A program made the translations under genes and the position numbers. From a virus (lineage: Duplodnaviria; Heunggongvirae; Uroviricota; Caudoviricetes), in the IMG/VR virus record IMGVR_UViG_3300020685_000002: DNA of 64,000 nt. One strand, 5' to 3'. The number at the start of each line of letters is the position of its first letter. Within the stretch, counting starts at the first letter, position 1. Positions 18,364 through 28,180 of the stretch are shown in pieces. The notes under the pieces are model-generated. The model saw only the letters and a program-made list of their open reading frames with translations, ran no database searches and was not told the origin of the DNA.

Positions 18364-18398
18364 ATATCTGATTTAAAATTTTAACATGAGGAAATAAA

Positions 18399-19082
18399 AT
18401 GAAAATATCACCAGAAACAAATGCGATTCTAAAAAACTTCGCACATATTAATCAATCATTATTCTTTAAAAAAGGTTCTGTCATCTCAACTATGAGTCCA
18501 CAAAAGAATATTCTTGTTGATGCAACAATTACAGAAACTATACCACAAGATTTTGGTATTTACGATTTAAATAATTTTTTATCTGTGACATCATTATTTA
18601 AAGATGGCTCTGAATTAGAATTTGATCAAAATCATGTAATTATCAAAGGTTTGAATGGTAGGTCAAAAATTAAATACCGTATTACTGATCCATCAATGAT
18701 TGTAGTTGCTCCAGATAAACGTCCCAAACTTCCAGTTGTTGATGTTAAATTTACATTCTCAAAAGAAGATCTAGAATGGGTTATTAAAACAGCGTCTGTT
18801 ATTGGTGCACCACATTTAGCTGTTGAATCAGACGGTACAACTGTATCATTAGTGACATTTGATGAGAGTAATGATGCAGGTCATACAAACTCATTAGAAA
18901 TGAGTGATGTGGATCCAGAAGGAAATGTGTTTAAATTAGTTTATAAAACTGAAAATTTAAAAGTTATTCCTGATTCATATTCTGTTGAAATTAGTTCTAA
19001 AGGTATTTCAACATGGACTTCAATAACTAATGAAATTAAATATTACATTACATTAGAAACATCAAGTAAATTTGGAGGGTAA
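18399..19082 (+). CDS. 45: Sliding clamp gp45.
   Basis: N-terminus MKISPETNAILKNFAHINQSL matches T4 gp45 MKLSKDTTALLKNFATINSGI. It is 227 aa. Confidence 0.85.
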   Translation: MKISPETNAILKNFAHINQSLFFKKGSVISTMSPQKNILVDATITETIPQDFGIYDLNNFLSVTSLFKDGSELEFDQNHVIIKGLNGRSKIKYRITDPSMIVVAPDKRPKLPVVDVKFTFSKEDLEWVIKTASVIGAPHLAVESDGTTVSLVTFDESNDAGHTNSLEMSDVDPEGNVFKLVYKTENLKVIPDSYSVEISSKGISTWTSITNEIKYYITLETSSKFGG

Positions 19083-19083
19083 T

Positions 19084-19311
19084 TTGCAAACAATTGAATT
19101 TTTTTTGTCTGAAAATAGTATAAAAGTTTTAGATTCGCAACAATTAACTGAAAAACATAAATTATTAGTTAGTGTTGATATTGGCGATTTATCATATGAA
19201 AAAGCACAAGAATATTTGTCTGCTGTGACTGAAGCATTTAAAAGTGTTGTTGATCCAGCTTCAGTTTTGGTTTATCCAGATAGCATTGATGTAACATTGA
19301 TTGAACAATAA
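19084..19311 (+). CDS. Hypothetical small protein with a non-ATG (TTG) start.
   Basis: The ORF has no internal Met. TTG directly follows the g45 stop with a GGAGGG Shine-Dalgarno sequence. The composition is plausible. Confidence 0.3.
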   Translation: MQTIEFFLSENSIKVLDSQQLTEKHKLLVSVDIGDLSYEKAQEYLSAVTEAFKSVVDPASVLVYPDSIDVTLIEQ

Positions 19312-19327
19312 AATTAGGAAATATATT

Positions 19328-19609
19328 ATGAGTAATAAAATTAGTATTGAAACAGTATTTGGAACATTAGACGATAACCAATCACAAACTCTTCGTGAAG
19401 GTATTAAAGAAATATCTGTCCATCTGTCTAGGATGGATATTGAAAAGGAAGCGATTAAAGATATTGTCGCTTCCGTTTTTGATGAAACTAAAGTTCCTAA
19501 AAAAATGATTAATAGATTTGCTAAAGTTTATCATAAACAATGCTTTTCTGAAGTAGTTGTTGAAGACAACGAATTCCAATCACTATATTCTGCTTTATTT
19601 AGTAATTAA
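19328..19609 (+). CDS. Hypothetical protein.
   Basis: ATG at 19328 with an AGGAAA ribosome-binding site. The ORF is followed by a terminator. Confidence 0.45.
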   Translation: MSNKISIETVFGTLDDNQSQTLREGIKEISVHLSRMDIEKEAIKDIVASVFDETKVPKKMINRFAKVYHKQCFSEVVVEDNEFQSLYSALFSN

Positions 19610-19620
19610 ATTATGATTTT

Positions 19621-19650
19621 TGCCTCGCTGAGAAATTGGTGAGGCTTTTT
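19621..19650 (+). terminator. Rho-independent terminator.
   Basis: GCCTCGCTGAGAAATTGGTGAGGC hairpin followed by TTTTTT. Confidence 0.7.
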
Positions 19651-19667
19651 TATGTGAGATATATAAT

Positions 19668-20609
19668 ATGGTAAGAGAAGAGATTCTGTGGGCTCAAAAA
19701 TACAGACCAAATAAAATTGCAGATTGTATTCTTCCTGAATCAATCAAAACATCATTTCAAGAATTTGTTAACCAAGATAAAATCCCAAATCTGTTGATTT
19801 CTGGTTCTCAAGGTTCTGGTAAAACAACACTTGCAAAAGCTCTTTGTGAAGAAGTTGGTTGTGATTACATAATTATTAATGGATCTGATGAAAATGGTAT
19901 TGATGTTCTTCGTGGGAAAATTAAAAATTATGCTTCTTCAGTTTCTTTGAGTGGAGGGAGAAAGGTTGTAATTATTGATGAAGCGGATTATCTTAATGCA
20001 AATTCGTTACAACCAGCATTGCGTAACGCTATAGAAGAATTTTCTATTAATTGTTCTTTTATTTTCACATGCAATTATAAAAATAGAATTATTGAACCAT
20101 TACATTCAAGATGTTCTGTTATTGATGTGAAAATATCAAAGGAAGATAAACCTAAATTGATGGCTCAGTTTTTTAAACGAGTTTGTTGGATTTTAGGTGA
20201 AGAAAAGATAGAATATAATAAAGAAGTTGTAGCTCAAGTTATTTCTAAATATTATCCAGATAACCGTAGAATCCTTAATGAATTACAACGTTATGCGATG
20301 GGTGGAACAATTGATGTAGGTTTATTGTCTCAAGTTTCCGATATTCAATTAACACCTTTAATTACAGCGTTAAAAGAAAAGAATTTTGCAGATACTAGAA
20401 AATGGTTATCTGATAATGACGATATTGATTCTGTAACACTTTTCAGAAAATTGTATGATAATTCTTATGAATTGTTAAAACCAAATTCAATTCCACAATT
20501 AGTTTTATTGATAGCAAAATATCAATATCAAAACGCTTTCGTTGCTGATCAGCAAATTAATACGTTAGCATTGTTTACTGAAATGATGATAGAATTGGAA
20601 TATCAATAA
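19668..20609 (+). CDS. 44: Clamp loader large subunit gp44 (AAA+).
   Basis: Walker A (SGSQGSGKTT), a DEAD-like IIDEAD box and an SRC motif (SRCSVID). Confidence 0.85.
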   Translation: MVREEILWAQKYRPNKIADCILPESIKTSFQEFVNQDKIPNLLISGSQGSGKTTLAKALCEEVGCDYIIINGSDENGIDVLRGKIKNYASSVSLSGGRKVVIIDEADYLNANSLQPALRNAIEEFSINCSFIFTCNYKNRIIEPLHSRCSVIDVKISKEDKPKLMAQFFKRVCWILGEEKIEYNKEVVAQVISKYYPDNRRILNELQRYAMGGTIDVGLLSQVSDIQLTPLITALKEKNFADTRKWLSDNDDIDSVTLFRKLYDNSYELLKPNSIPQLVLLIAKYQYQNAFVADQQINTLALFTEMMIELEYQ

Positions 20610-20989
20610 TGGATTTATTTAAGGATTTGCTTCCAGGTATATTGCAAAAAAAGAATTATATCCTTAATGAAGATAACGAAAAAGAATATAAACCTTATAT
20701 TGTTAATATGGCATTATCGCAACATACTGATTGTGTATTATATGTAAATGAGATGAATCAATATCCAAGTCTTGATAATAAGATGCAATATGATTTTTAT
20801 TATTATGCTTTACGAGCCCAGAAACGTCCGTATCAAAAGTGGTTTAAATCTACAGAATCAAAAGACCTATTAAATGTGAAAGAATACTTTGGATTTTCTT
20901 CTGAGAAGGCAAAAGAAGCTTTGAGAATACTGACAACAGAACAATTAGGACATATAGCTAAAATTGTTGATAAAGGTGGTAGGGAATAG
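20609..20989 (+). CDS. 62: Clamp loader small subunit gp62.
   Basis: 126 aa ORF immediately downstream of g44 with overlapping stop and start, as in T4. Confidence 0.6.
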   Translation: MDLFKDLLPGILQKKNYILNEDNEKEYKPYIVNMALSQHTDCVLYVNEMNQYPSLDNKMQYDFYYYALRAQKRPYQKWFKSTESKDLLNVKEYFGFSSEKAKEALRILTTEQLGHIAKIVDKGGRE

Positions 20990-21050
20990 CAACATTTTAT
21001 GTTTTATAAATACTTTTATTTTAAAACATAAGGATTTATGGAGCTATATT

Positions 21051-21455
21051 ATGAGTGATATTTTTAATGGATTTGGGGTTGAGGTCTTCATTGATGAAGA
21101 AAATTTTTTAAAAATAAAAGAAACGTTATCAAGAATTGGTGTTTTATCAAAAAAAGATAATTCATTGTATCAGTCTTGTCATATATTACATAAACAAGGC
21201 AGATATGTTGTAATTCATTTTAAAGAATTATTTGCTCTTGATAATAAACTACATAGTATTGATGAAAATGATATTGCTAGAAGAAATACAATTGTAAAAT
21301 TATTACAAGATTGGGAACTTCTTGAGATTCAAAATCCAGATTCTTGTAAATCTCCATTAGTTCCAATATCTCAAATAAAAATTCTTTCTTATAAAGAAAA
21401 ATCTGATTATAATTTAGTTAGTAAATATAATATTGGCAAAATAAAATCAAAGTAA
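21051..21455 (+). CDS. regA: Translational repressor RegA. The true start is the internal ATG at 21051.
   Basis: VFIDEENFLKIKETLSRIGV...SLYQSCHILHKQGRYVVIHFKE..DWELLEI aligns closely with T4 RegA. Confidence 0.8.
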   Translation: MSDIFNGFGVEVFIDEENFLKIKETLSRIGVLSKKDNSLYQSCHILHKQGRYVVIHFKELFALDNKLHSIDENDIARRNTIVKLLQDWELLEIQNPDSCKSPLVPISQIKILSYKEKSDYNLVSKYNIGKIKSK

Positions 21456-21470
21456 ATTTGGAAATTAATC

Positions 21471-22265
21471 ATGCCTTGTCATAATGAATTAAATTCGCAA
21501 TTAAAGGGTCTTCAAGCTAGGTTAGAACAAGCTGAGAATGATATAAACGCACATTATGCTGGTATATCTCAATTAGCGTTGTCGTTAGCTGCAAATCCAT
21601 TTACTGCTGGAAGTGCAGCAGCTACTGCAGCAATTTATAATTTAAATCCTATAGGGATGAAAATCCTTCGTGCATTATTATCAGCCTTGATTCCAAAGGA
21701 ACTTCAAAATACAATGAGAATGTTGACCATGTTGTCGGCTTCAAGTATTGATGATTTAGCGGAAGGTATTGTTGATTCTGCTGCTGCACAAGTTGTTGGA
21801 GCTGTTAATTATGGTATTGATTCGATAACTGAAACAGCATTAAGTGAAATGATTTCTGTACAAAACGAATTAAATTCTTTGGTACCAAATGCGGTCAATG
21901 GGACCGTTCAAGCATTAGCAATGTCATCATTAAATAATGATAAATCTCATAATATTAATTTAGCGCAACAAGCATATGATGCTTGGTATTCAGCTTCTAT
22001 TGCTCCTGTTGGAGAATTTACACAAAGTCAAATTAATTCTTTAAGAGTTGCATATCTTAAGGCTCAACAAGTTGTTAATACAATTAATGCGGGTGCTGCT
22101 GGTGTTGTTGCTCAAGCTGGAGGTCTTTTATCTGGAGCTTCTCCAACCATCCAAGAAATAAATACTGCATTGCAACAATTTAATAATATTGCTGCTTTTA
22201 TTCTTACACAAAATGATATTTCAAGCTGTAAGTCTAAAGCAATGAAGATTGGACCACATACCTAA
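21471..22265 (+). CDS. Hypothetical Ala/Ser-rich protein.
   Basis: 264 aa ORF with good coding statistics and no recognised motif. Confidence 0.45.
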   Translation: MPCHNELNSQLKGLQARLEQAENDINAHYAGISQLALSLAANPFTAGSAAATAAIYNLNPIGMKILRALLSALIPKELQNTMRMLTMLSASSIDDLAEGIVDSAAAQVVGAVNYGIDSITETALSEMISVQNELNSLVPNAVNGTVQALAMSSLNNDKSHNINLAQQAYDAWYSASIAPVGEFTQSQINSLRVAYLKAQQVVNTINAGAAGVVAQAGGLLSGASPTIQEINTALQQFNNIAAFILTQNDISSCKSKAMKIGPHT

Positions 22266-22357
22266 ATAGAATTTGTAGGGTGTTCCTACAAAGCTTAAAC
22301 CTGCTTCGGGGGTTTAAGAATTTTTAAATAAAATCTTGCTTTTTAAAGGAGACTAAA

Positions 22358-22807
22358 ATGACACAATTAGAACAATTTAGAACAATTCACAATACTGCGT
22401 TAATAGGTTTTGATGATCTATTTCGTAGAATCAAAGAATTAGAAAGTCCAAAAACAAATTTCCCTCCCTATGATATAATTAAAACATCTGATGATGCTTT
22501 TGTTATTAAATTGGCTGTTGCTGGTTATACGAAAGATGATATTTCTGTAACATTAGATTCTGGAAGATTATTTGTGGATGGATCAATAAGACCTGATGAT
22601 TATTCATTAGATTCTTTATTGGATAAAAAAGAAAAATATCCCGAATATCTTTATAAAGGAATTTCGCAAAGGAATTTCAAAAGAGAATTTACTCTTGCAG
22701 ATACTGTTGAAGTTTCTGAAGTAAAATTGTCTGAAGGTATGTTATCTATACATTTAAAAAATGTAATTCCAGAAAGCCAAAAACCAAAAACTTTTGAAAT
22801 TATATAG
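22358..22807 (+). CDS. Small heat shock protein (Hsp20/alpha-crystallin family).
   Basis: The alpha-crystallin domain pattern is present (DIIKTSDDAFVIKLAVAGYTKDDISVTLDSGRLFVDG). An Hsp20 is common in cyanophages. Confidence 0.75.
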   Translation: MTQLEQFRTIHNTALIGFDDLFRRIKELESPKTNFPPYDIIKTSDDAFVIKLAVAGYTKDDISVTLDSGRLFVDGSIRPDDYSLDSLLDKKEKYPEYLYKGISQRNFKREFTLADTVEVSEVKLSEGMLSIHLKNVIPESQKPKTFEII

Positions 22808-22823
22808 GTTTAATGTTCTAAAT

Positions 22824-22852
22824 AAAACGGCAAATTAAACCTTGCCGTTTTA
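22824..22852 (+). terminator. Rho-independent terminator.
   Basis: AAACGGCAA-ATTAAACC-TTGCCGTTT hairpin followed by a T-rich run. Confidence 0.65.
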
Positions 22853-22893
22853 TCACTTTTATAGTATAATAAATTTTTAATTTAGGATTTTTT

Positions 22894-23409
22894 ATGAAAC
22901 AAAAATTTATTGACTATTTTATGTCTGTTGCAGAATTAACTGCAAATCTCTCTCATGCTAAAAAATTAAAAGTTGGTTCTGTTATTGTAAAAGATGATAG
23001 AATAATTTCTTGTGGATATAATGGATTACCTGCAGGATGGAATTCAAATATATGCGAGAAAGTTTCATTTCTTTCTGATGCTGAATATTTCAATTCTACA
23101 ACCGAAGAAAAGCAAAAATATACCCCAATAGATGGGATTTATTTTTGGAAGGGTTTAAAAACATATGATGAAGTAATACATTCTGAAGCAAATTCAATCT
23201 CAAGATTAGCGAGTTCAACTGAATCTGGCGTTGGTGCGATAATGTTTTGCACGCATTCTCCTTGCATTCAATGTAGTAAAATAATTTATAGTGCTGGAAT
23301 TAAAACTGTATATTATAAACACGAATATCGTTCAACAGAAGGAATAAAATTTTTAAAAATGTGTGGAGTTGAGATTATAAAATACATTGACGAAAGAGCT
23401 AATGTATAG
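22894..23409 (+). CDS. cd: dCMP deaminase.
   Basis: The zinc-binding motifs HSEANSI and PCIQCSK (H(A/S)E...PCxxC) are present. Confidence 0.8.
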   Translation: MKQKFIDYFMSVAELTANLSHAKKLKVGSVIVKDDRIISCGYNGLPAGWNSNICEKVSFLSDAEYFNSTTEEKQKYTPIDGIYFWKGLKTYDEVIHSEANSISRLASSTESGVGAIMFCTHSPCIQCSKIIYSAGIKTVYYKHEYRSTEGIKFLKMCGVEIIKYIDERANV

Positions 23410-23415
23410 TATAAT
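23387..23415 (+). promoter_or_regulatory. Sigma70-like promoter TTGACG-N17-TATAAT inside the 3' end of cd.
   Basis: Near-consensus hexamers with 17-nt spacing lie 30 nt upstream of the ATG at 23445. Confidence 0.5.
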
Positions 23416-23444
23416 ATAATCTTAAATACAATAAAGGAAAAATC

Positions 23445-23756
23445 ATGACAGATATTAGAATGTTTAGAACAATTAGTGGTGAAGATGTTATTGCGGAATT
23501 TGTGGAAACAAACAAAACAGGTGATGTTTATAAAAATGCCATACAATTAGTTATTGTGCCTAAAAGAAGTAATCCAGAAGAGCAATCCTATGCATTTGCA
23601 CCATTCCCACAATATGCTCAACAAAATACAGAAGGTAAAATTACATTTAATACAAATTTAATTTCATTTTTTATTGATATTGATGAACAATTCTTAGAAC
23701 AATATAATTCAATTTTCGGAATTATATCGGCACCTGCTCCAAAAATTATTATTTAA
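23445..23756 (+). CDS. Hypothetical protein.
   Basis: 103 aa ORF with a ribosome-binding site (AAAGGAAAAATC ATG). Confidence 0.45.
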   Translation: MTDIRMFRTISGEDVIAEFVETNKTGDVYKNAIQLVIVPKRSNPEEQSYAFAPFPQYAQQNTEGKITFNTNLISFFIDIDEQFLEQYNSIFGIISAPAPKIII

Positions 23757-23794
23757 AAATAATTCTAAATATGATAATTGATAGGAGTTGATAT

Positions 23795-26341
23795 ATGGAA
23801 AGTGAAGGTTCTTCCTTCTACACAAATGTAAGAGTTATTGGAAATAATATTTGTTATAGGGGTGTTGATGACTCGGGCCAACAGATCAGATTTAAATATG
23901 AATATAGCCCAAAGGTTTATGTTCCTTCTAATAAACAATCGAATTTTAAAACTTTGGATGGAAAGTATGTAGATGAAATTGAACCTGGATGTATCAAAGA
24001 AACAAGAGATTTCATAAAACGATATGAAGAAGTTGATAATTTCGATATTTATGGTGATATTGGATTTGATGTACAATACATTTCAGATAAGTTCCAATCT
24101 AATGTAGATTGGGATATAAATAAAATTTCAATTCATATCTTAGATATTGAAACTGCTTCTGAAAATGTAAATGCTGTGTCTCATAAATTAACAGCACCAG
24201 AAGAAATTCTTTTAATTTCTATGACTGAATTGTCTACAAAAAAAGTCACAACATTCACATCAAGAGATTACAATGGGACAAATGATGATAATGCTGAAAT
24301 TATTTTATGCCAAGATGAGTATTCGTTATTAAATCAATTTCTTGATCATTGGAATCGTATTGGTATTGATATCGTTTCTGGTTGGAATATTGATGGTTTT
24401 GATATACCATATTTGATTAATAGAATATCGAATGTTATGGGAGATGATCATGCTAAACGATTAAGTCCATGGAAAATGGTTTCTTCTAGAAAAATAAAAG
24501 GTAAGTTTGGTAAAGATGATATTGTTTATGATATTGCTGGAGTTAGTTGTTTGGATTTTATGCAACTATATCTCAAATTTACATATGTTAAAAGAGAAAT
24601 GTATTCTTTAGATTATATTTGTCAAGTTGAATTGGGTAAAGGTAAATTAGATCATAGTGAATTTGCTACATTTAAAGAATTTTACACTAAAGGATTTGAT
24701 AAGTTCATTGATTATAACATCATTGATACGATTCGAGTTATTGAACTTGAAGAGAAATTAAAGTTAATTGAACTTTGTTTAACAATGTCATATTTGGCAA
24801 AAATAAATTATAATGATGTATTCTCACAAATTAGAATGTGGGATTCAATCATTTATAATCATTTAAAACATCAGAACATTGTAATACCTAAAAAAGCATC
24901 TGGTTCTAAATCAGAACAATTTGAAGGCGCATTTGTAAAAGAACCAGTTCCTGGATTATACAATTGGGTTGTTAGTTTTGATGCAACTTCACTTTATCCT
25001 AGTATTATGCAGACATGGAATATTTCTCCAGAAACTTATATGGGTGTTGATACATCAATTTCTGTATCTGGGTTAATGGGTAAGAAATGTGAGATATCAG
25101 AAGAATATGCTACTGCTGCTAATGGAGCTATGTATAAAAGAGATAAGAAAGGGTTGCTTCCAGAACTTATTGATATTTACATGGCAAAAAGAAGATCTGC
25201 TAAAAATAGTATGATTGAAGCAGAAAAACAGTTGGAAAAATTAAAGAAAATTAAATTTGATTCTGATATTGATGAACAAAAAGAATACAAACGTCTTGTT
25301 AATGAAATATCTAAATTTAATAATGAACAAATGGCGTTTAAAATTGGTCTTAATAGTCTCTATGGGGCGATTGGAAATGCTTACTGTAGGTATTTTGAAT
25401 TAGAAAATGCAAGAGCTATTACTTTGACTGGACAATATATAATTAAAACGGTCGGTGAAGGATTGAATAGAGATCTTAGTAAATTATTTAAAATTGATGA
25501 TTACGATTGGTCTTTTTATTCTGATACAGATTCTTGTTATGTTTCTTTGGAACCTATGGTAAATAAGTTTTATAAGGATTTGTCTGATGAAAAACTTGTC
25601 AATCTTATTGATAAGATTTCTAAAGAAAAAATAACACCTATTATTAATGATAATTGTTTAGACCTTCAAACATATACAAATTCTTATAGAAATATGATTT
25701 CTTTTAAACAAGAGGGTATTTCTAGTAATGGCATTTGGGTTGCTAAAAAACGTTATTTTTTGAATGTTCTTGATAATGAAGGGGTAAGGTATGCTTCTCC
25801 AAAATTAAAAGTTATGGGTTTAGAAGTTGTAAAATCTTCAACTCCAGGTGTTGTAAGGGAGAAATTAAAGACGTGTTTATCTTTAATTCTTGATAACAAA
25901 GAAGATGATTTACAAAATTTTATTGAGGATTTTAGATTAGAATTTAAATCTCTTCCTGTTGAAGATATTGCATCTCCAAGAGGAGTTAATGGTATTGAAA
26001 AATATTCTAATTCCACTACGGTGTATAATTCTGGGTGTCCTTTGCATACAAAAGGTGCAATTATTTACAATAAAAAATTAAGGGAATTAAAGTTGGATAA
26101 TACTTATCCTATTGTTGGTGAAGGTGATAGAATTAAATATACATATTTAAAATCGCCAAACCCAATTAAAGATATTGTTATTGGATTTCCCTCTGAACTT
26201 CCAAAAGAATTTAAACTTGAAAATTATATCGATTATGATAAACAATTTGAAAAAACATTTTTAGAACCAATAAAATCTATCCTTCAAATATTAGATTGGA
26301 CAACTGAAAAAACCAATTCTATTGAAGACTTTTTTTCTTAA
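23795..26341 (+). CDS. 43: DNA polymerase gp43 (family B).
   Basis: Exonuclease motifs are present. Pol motif A reads DATSLYPSIM, KxxxNSxYG reads KIGLNSLYGA, and motif C reads YSDTDS. Confidence 0.9.
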   Translation: MESEGSSFYTNVRVIGNNICYRGVDDSGQQIRFKYEYSPKVYVPSNKQSNFKTLDGKYVDEIEPGCIKETRDFIKRYEEVDNFDIYGDIGFDVQYISDKFQSNVDWDINKISIHILDIETASENVNAVSHKLTAPEEILLISMTELSTKKVTTFTSRDYNGTNDDNAEIILCQDEYSLLNQFLDHWNRIGIDIVSGWNIDGFDIPYLINRISNVMGDDHAKRLSPWKMVSSRKIKGKFGKDDIVYDIAGVSCLDFMQLYLKFTYVKREMYSLDYICQVELGKGKLDHSEFATFKEFYTKGFDKFIDYNIIDTIRVIELEEKLKLIELCLTMSYLAKINYNDVFSQIRMWDSIIYNHLKHQNIVIPKKASGSKSEQFEGAFVKEPVPGLYNWVVSFDATSLYPSIMQTWNISPETYMGVDTSISVSGLMGKKCEISEEYATAANGAMYKRDKKGLLPELIDIYMAKRRSAKNSMIEAEKQLEKLKKIKFDSDIDEQKEYKRLVNEISKFNNEQMAFKIGLNSLYGAIGNAYCRYFELENARAITLTGQYIIKTVGEGLNRDLSKLFKIDDYDWSFYSDTDSCYVSLEPMVNKFYKDLSDEKLVNLIDKISKEKITPIINDNCLDLQTYTNSYRNMISFKQEGISSNGIWVAKKRYFLNVLDNEGVRYASPKLKVMGLEVVKSSTPGVVREKLKTCLSLILDNKEDDLQNFIEDFRLEFKSLPVEDIASPRGVNGIEKYSNSTTVYNSGCPLHTKGAIIYNKKLRELKLDNTYPIVGEGDRIKYTYLKSPNPIKDIVIGFPSELPKEFKLENYIDYDKQFEKTFLEPIKSILQILDWTTEKTNSIEDFFS

Positions 26342-26355
26342 TTAAAGGAAATATT

Positions 26356-27264
26356 ATGAGTTTACTTGAAAAACTTAAAAAAAATTCAACGATAAAAGAA
26401 TCATCTATTTTATCTGTATCAAAATTTTTTACTAAAAAGGATATGATAACAACTCCAATTCCTGCGTTTAATGTTGCATTATCAGGCAGATTGGATGGCG
26501 GATTAACTCCAGGACTTTCATTATTTTGTGGTCCTAGTAAACATTTTAAAAGCCTTTTTTGTTTGATTTTAGCTAAAGCATATATGGATAAATATCCAGA
26601 ATCTGTATTAGTATTTTATGATTGCGAATTTGGTACACCCGAAGCGTATTTTGATTCATTAGGTATGGATAAAGATAGAATTCTCCATACCCCAATTATG
26701 AATATGGAAGAGTTTAAATTTGATATTATTAATCACCTTCAAAATATTACTAGAGGCGACAAAGTAATATTTGTTGTTGATTCTTTAGGAAATATGGCTA
26801 GTAAAAAAGAAACTGATGATGCTATTGATGGTAAATCTGTTGCTGATATGACTCGTGCAAAATCTATGAAATCTATGTTTCGTATGATTACACCATATCT
26901 AGTTAAATATGATATTCCTATGGTAGCAGTAAATCATATCTATATGACTCAGGAAATGTTCAGTAAACCAGTCGTTAGCGGGGGTTGTGTTGTAGCAGGC
27001 ACTAAAATTCAAATGTTTGATAGATCGTTAAAATCTATTGAGGATATTACACCTGGATGTTTGGTTAAAACTCAAGATGGTCCTAAAATTGTTACACATA
27101 GTTGGAACCCAGAGACACTTTTAGATGGAAATCCAGAATGTTATAAAATTACATTTGAAGATGGTTACTCTGTAATTTGCTCTGATGAACACCCATTTCT
27201 TAAAAATTCAGAATTTGTATCGGCAAAGGAACTTAGTATTGGAGATGATATAACAACATTGTGA
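26356..27264 (+). CDS. uvsX: UvsX recombinase N-terminal fragment (N-extein 26356-26985) fused to a split-intein N-fragment (IntN 26986-27261, about 92 aa).
   Basis: The sequence aligns to T4 UvsX up to ..HIYMTQEMFSKPVVSGG. It then continues as CVVAGTKI.. with Hint blocks A and B and ends at a stop codon. Confidence 0.8.
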   Translation: MSLLEKLKKNSTIKESSILSVSKFFTKKDMITTPIPAFNVALSGRLDGGLTPGLSLFCGPSKHFKSLFCLILAKAYMDKYPESVLVFYDCEFGTPEAYFDSLGMDKDRILHTPIMNMEEFKFDIINHLQNITRGDKVIFVVDSLGNMASKKETDDAIDGKSVADMTRAKSMKSMFRMITPYLVKYDIPMVAVNHIYMTQEMFSKPVVSGGCVVAGTKIQMFDRSLKSIEDITPGCLVKTQDGPKIVTHSWNPETLLDGNPECYKITFEDGYSVICSDEHPFLKNSEFVSAKELSIGDDITTL

Positions 27265-27429
27265 AATACAAAAAGTGGAAAAAAATATATTTGATACTGT
27301 TATGGATAAAGATGTTTGGGCAACAACATCATCATTTCAAAAACGTGAAATTTGCATATATTGTGGGAAAGAAAGTGTGGTCGGTAATATTAAACGCTGG
27401 CATAATGATAATTGTAAAGAGAAAAAAAT

Positions 27430-27987
27430 ATGAAAATTGTTAATATAGAAAAAGTTGGTAAAAGAAACGTATTTGATATAACTGTTGCTGATAATCATCA
27501 ATATGTACTAGAAAATGGTGTTATCACACATAATACTGGTGTTTATCTTTCTGCTGATAATATTTACATCTTGGGCAGACAACAAGAAAAAGAAGGTACT
27601 GATGTTGTTGGGTATAATTTTATTATAAATGTTGAAAAATCAAGACATGTTCGTGAAAAATCAAAAATACCAATTACTGTAAAATATGAAGGCGGTTTAA
27701 GTTCTTGGTCAGGTTTAATTGATATGGCTCTAGAATCAGGACATGTTGTAAAACCATCTAATGGTTGGTATTCGCGAGTTAATACTGCGACAGGCGAGGT
27801 TGAAGAAAAGAAATATCGCCTTAAAGATACAGATACAAAGGACTTCTGGAATAAAATATTATTAGATAAAACTTTTCAAGATTGGATTAAATCTAATTAT
27901 CAAGTATCTCATGGAAATATTTTAGCTTCAGATAAAGATATAGAACAAACATTTGCAGAAATTGGGGATGATGATGAAGAATTATAA
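27430..27987 (+). CDS. uvsX: Split-intein C-fragment (IntC 27430-27534, 35 aa, ending ..VITHN) fused to the UvsX C-extein (from T at 27535).
   Basis: MKIVNIEKVGKRNVFDITVADNHQYVLENGVITHN carries intein blocks F and G. It is followed by TGVYLSADNIYILGRQ.., which continues the alignment to T4 UvsX (TGPMYSADTVFIIGKRQ). The gene has its own ribosome-binding site (AAAGAG) and ATG. Confidence 0.8.
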   Translation: MKIVNIEKVGKRNVFDITVADNHQYVLENGVITHNTGVYLSADNIYILGRQQEKEGTDVVGYNFIINVEKSRHVREKSKIPITVKYEGGLSSWSGLIDMALESGHVVKPSNGWYSRVNTATGEVEEKKYRLKDTDTKDFWNKILLDKTFQDWIKSNYQVSHGNILASDKDIEQTFAEIGDDDEEL

Positions 27988-28171
27988 AAATTGTGCTGAA
28001 TTGACAGGAGCAATATTTGCAATTTGTCTTATTGTTGTATTATTATCAGCATGGATAACTCATGTTGTTGTTTGTATTAAAACTGCATCTTGGGGTTTTT
28101 TGATTGCTGGTGCTATTGCATTTCCTGTTGCATGGGTTCATGGAATTGGATATTGGTTTAATATTTGGTAG
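27953..28171 (+). CDS. Small membrane protein with two predicted TM helices.
   Basis: Two hydrophobic segments (LTGAIFAICLIVVLLSAWI and GFLIAGAIAFPVAWV) are present. Confidence 0.4.
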   Translation: MQKLGMMMKNYKNCAELTGAIFAICLIVVLLSAWITHVVVCIKTASWGFLIAGAIAFPVAWVHGIGYWFNIW

Positions 28172-28180
28172 GAGAAAATA

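Noticed and set aside
27261-27443. The 60-aa ORF in the uvsX spacer.
   Set aside because: Its sequence is low-complexity. The frame-2 Cys/His mini-ORF (27266-27430) is the more plausible coding element. Neither is needed to explain the split intein.
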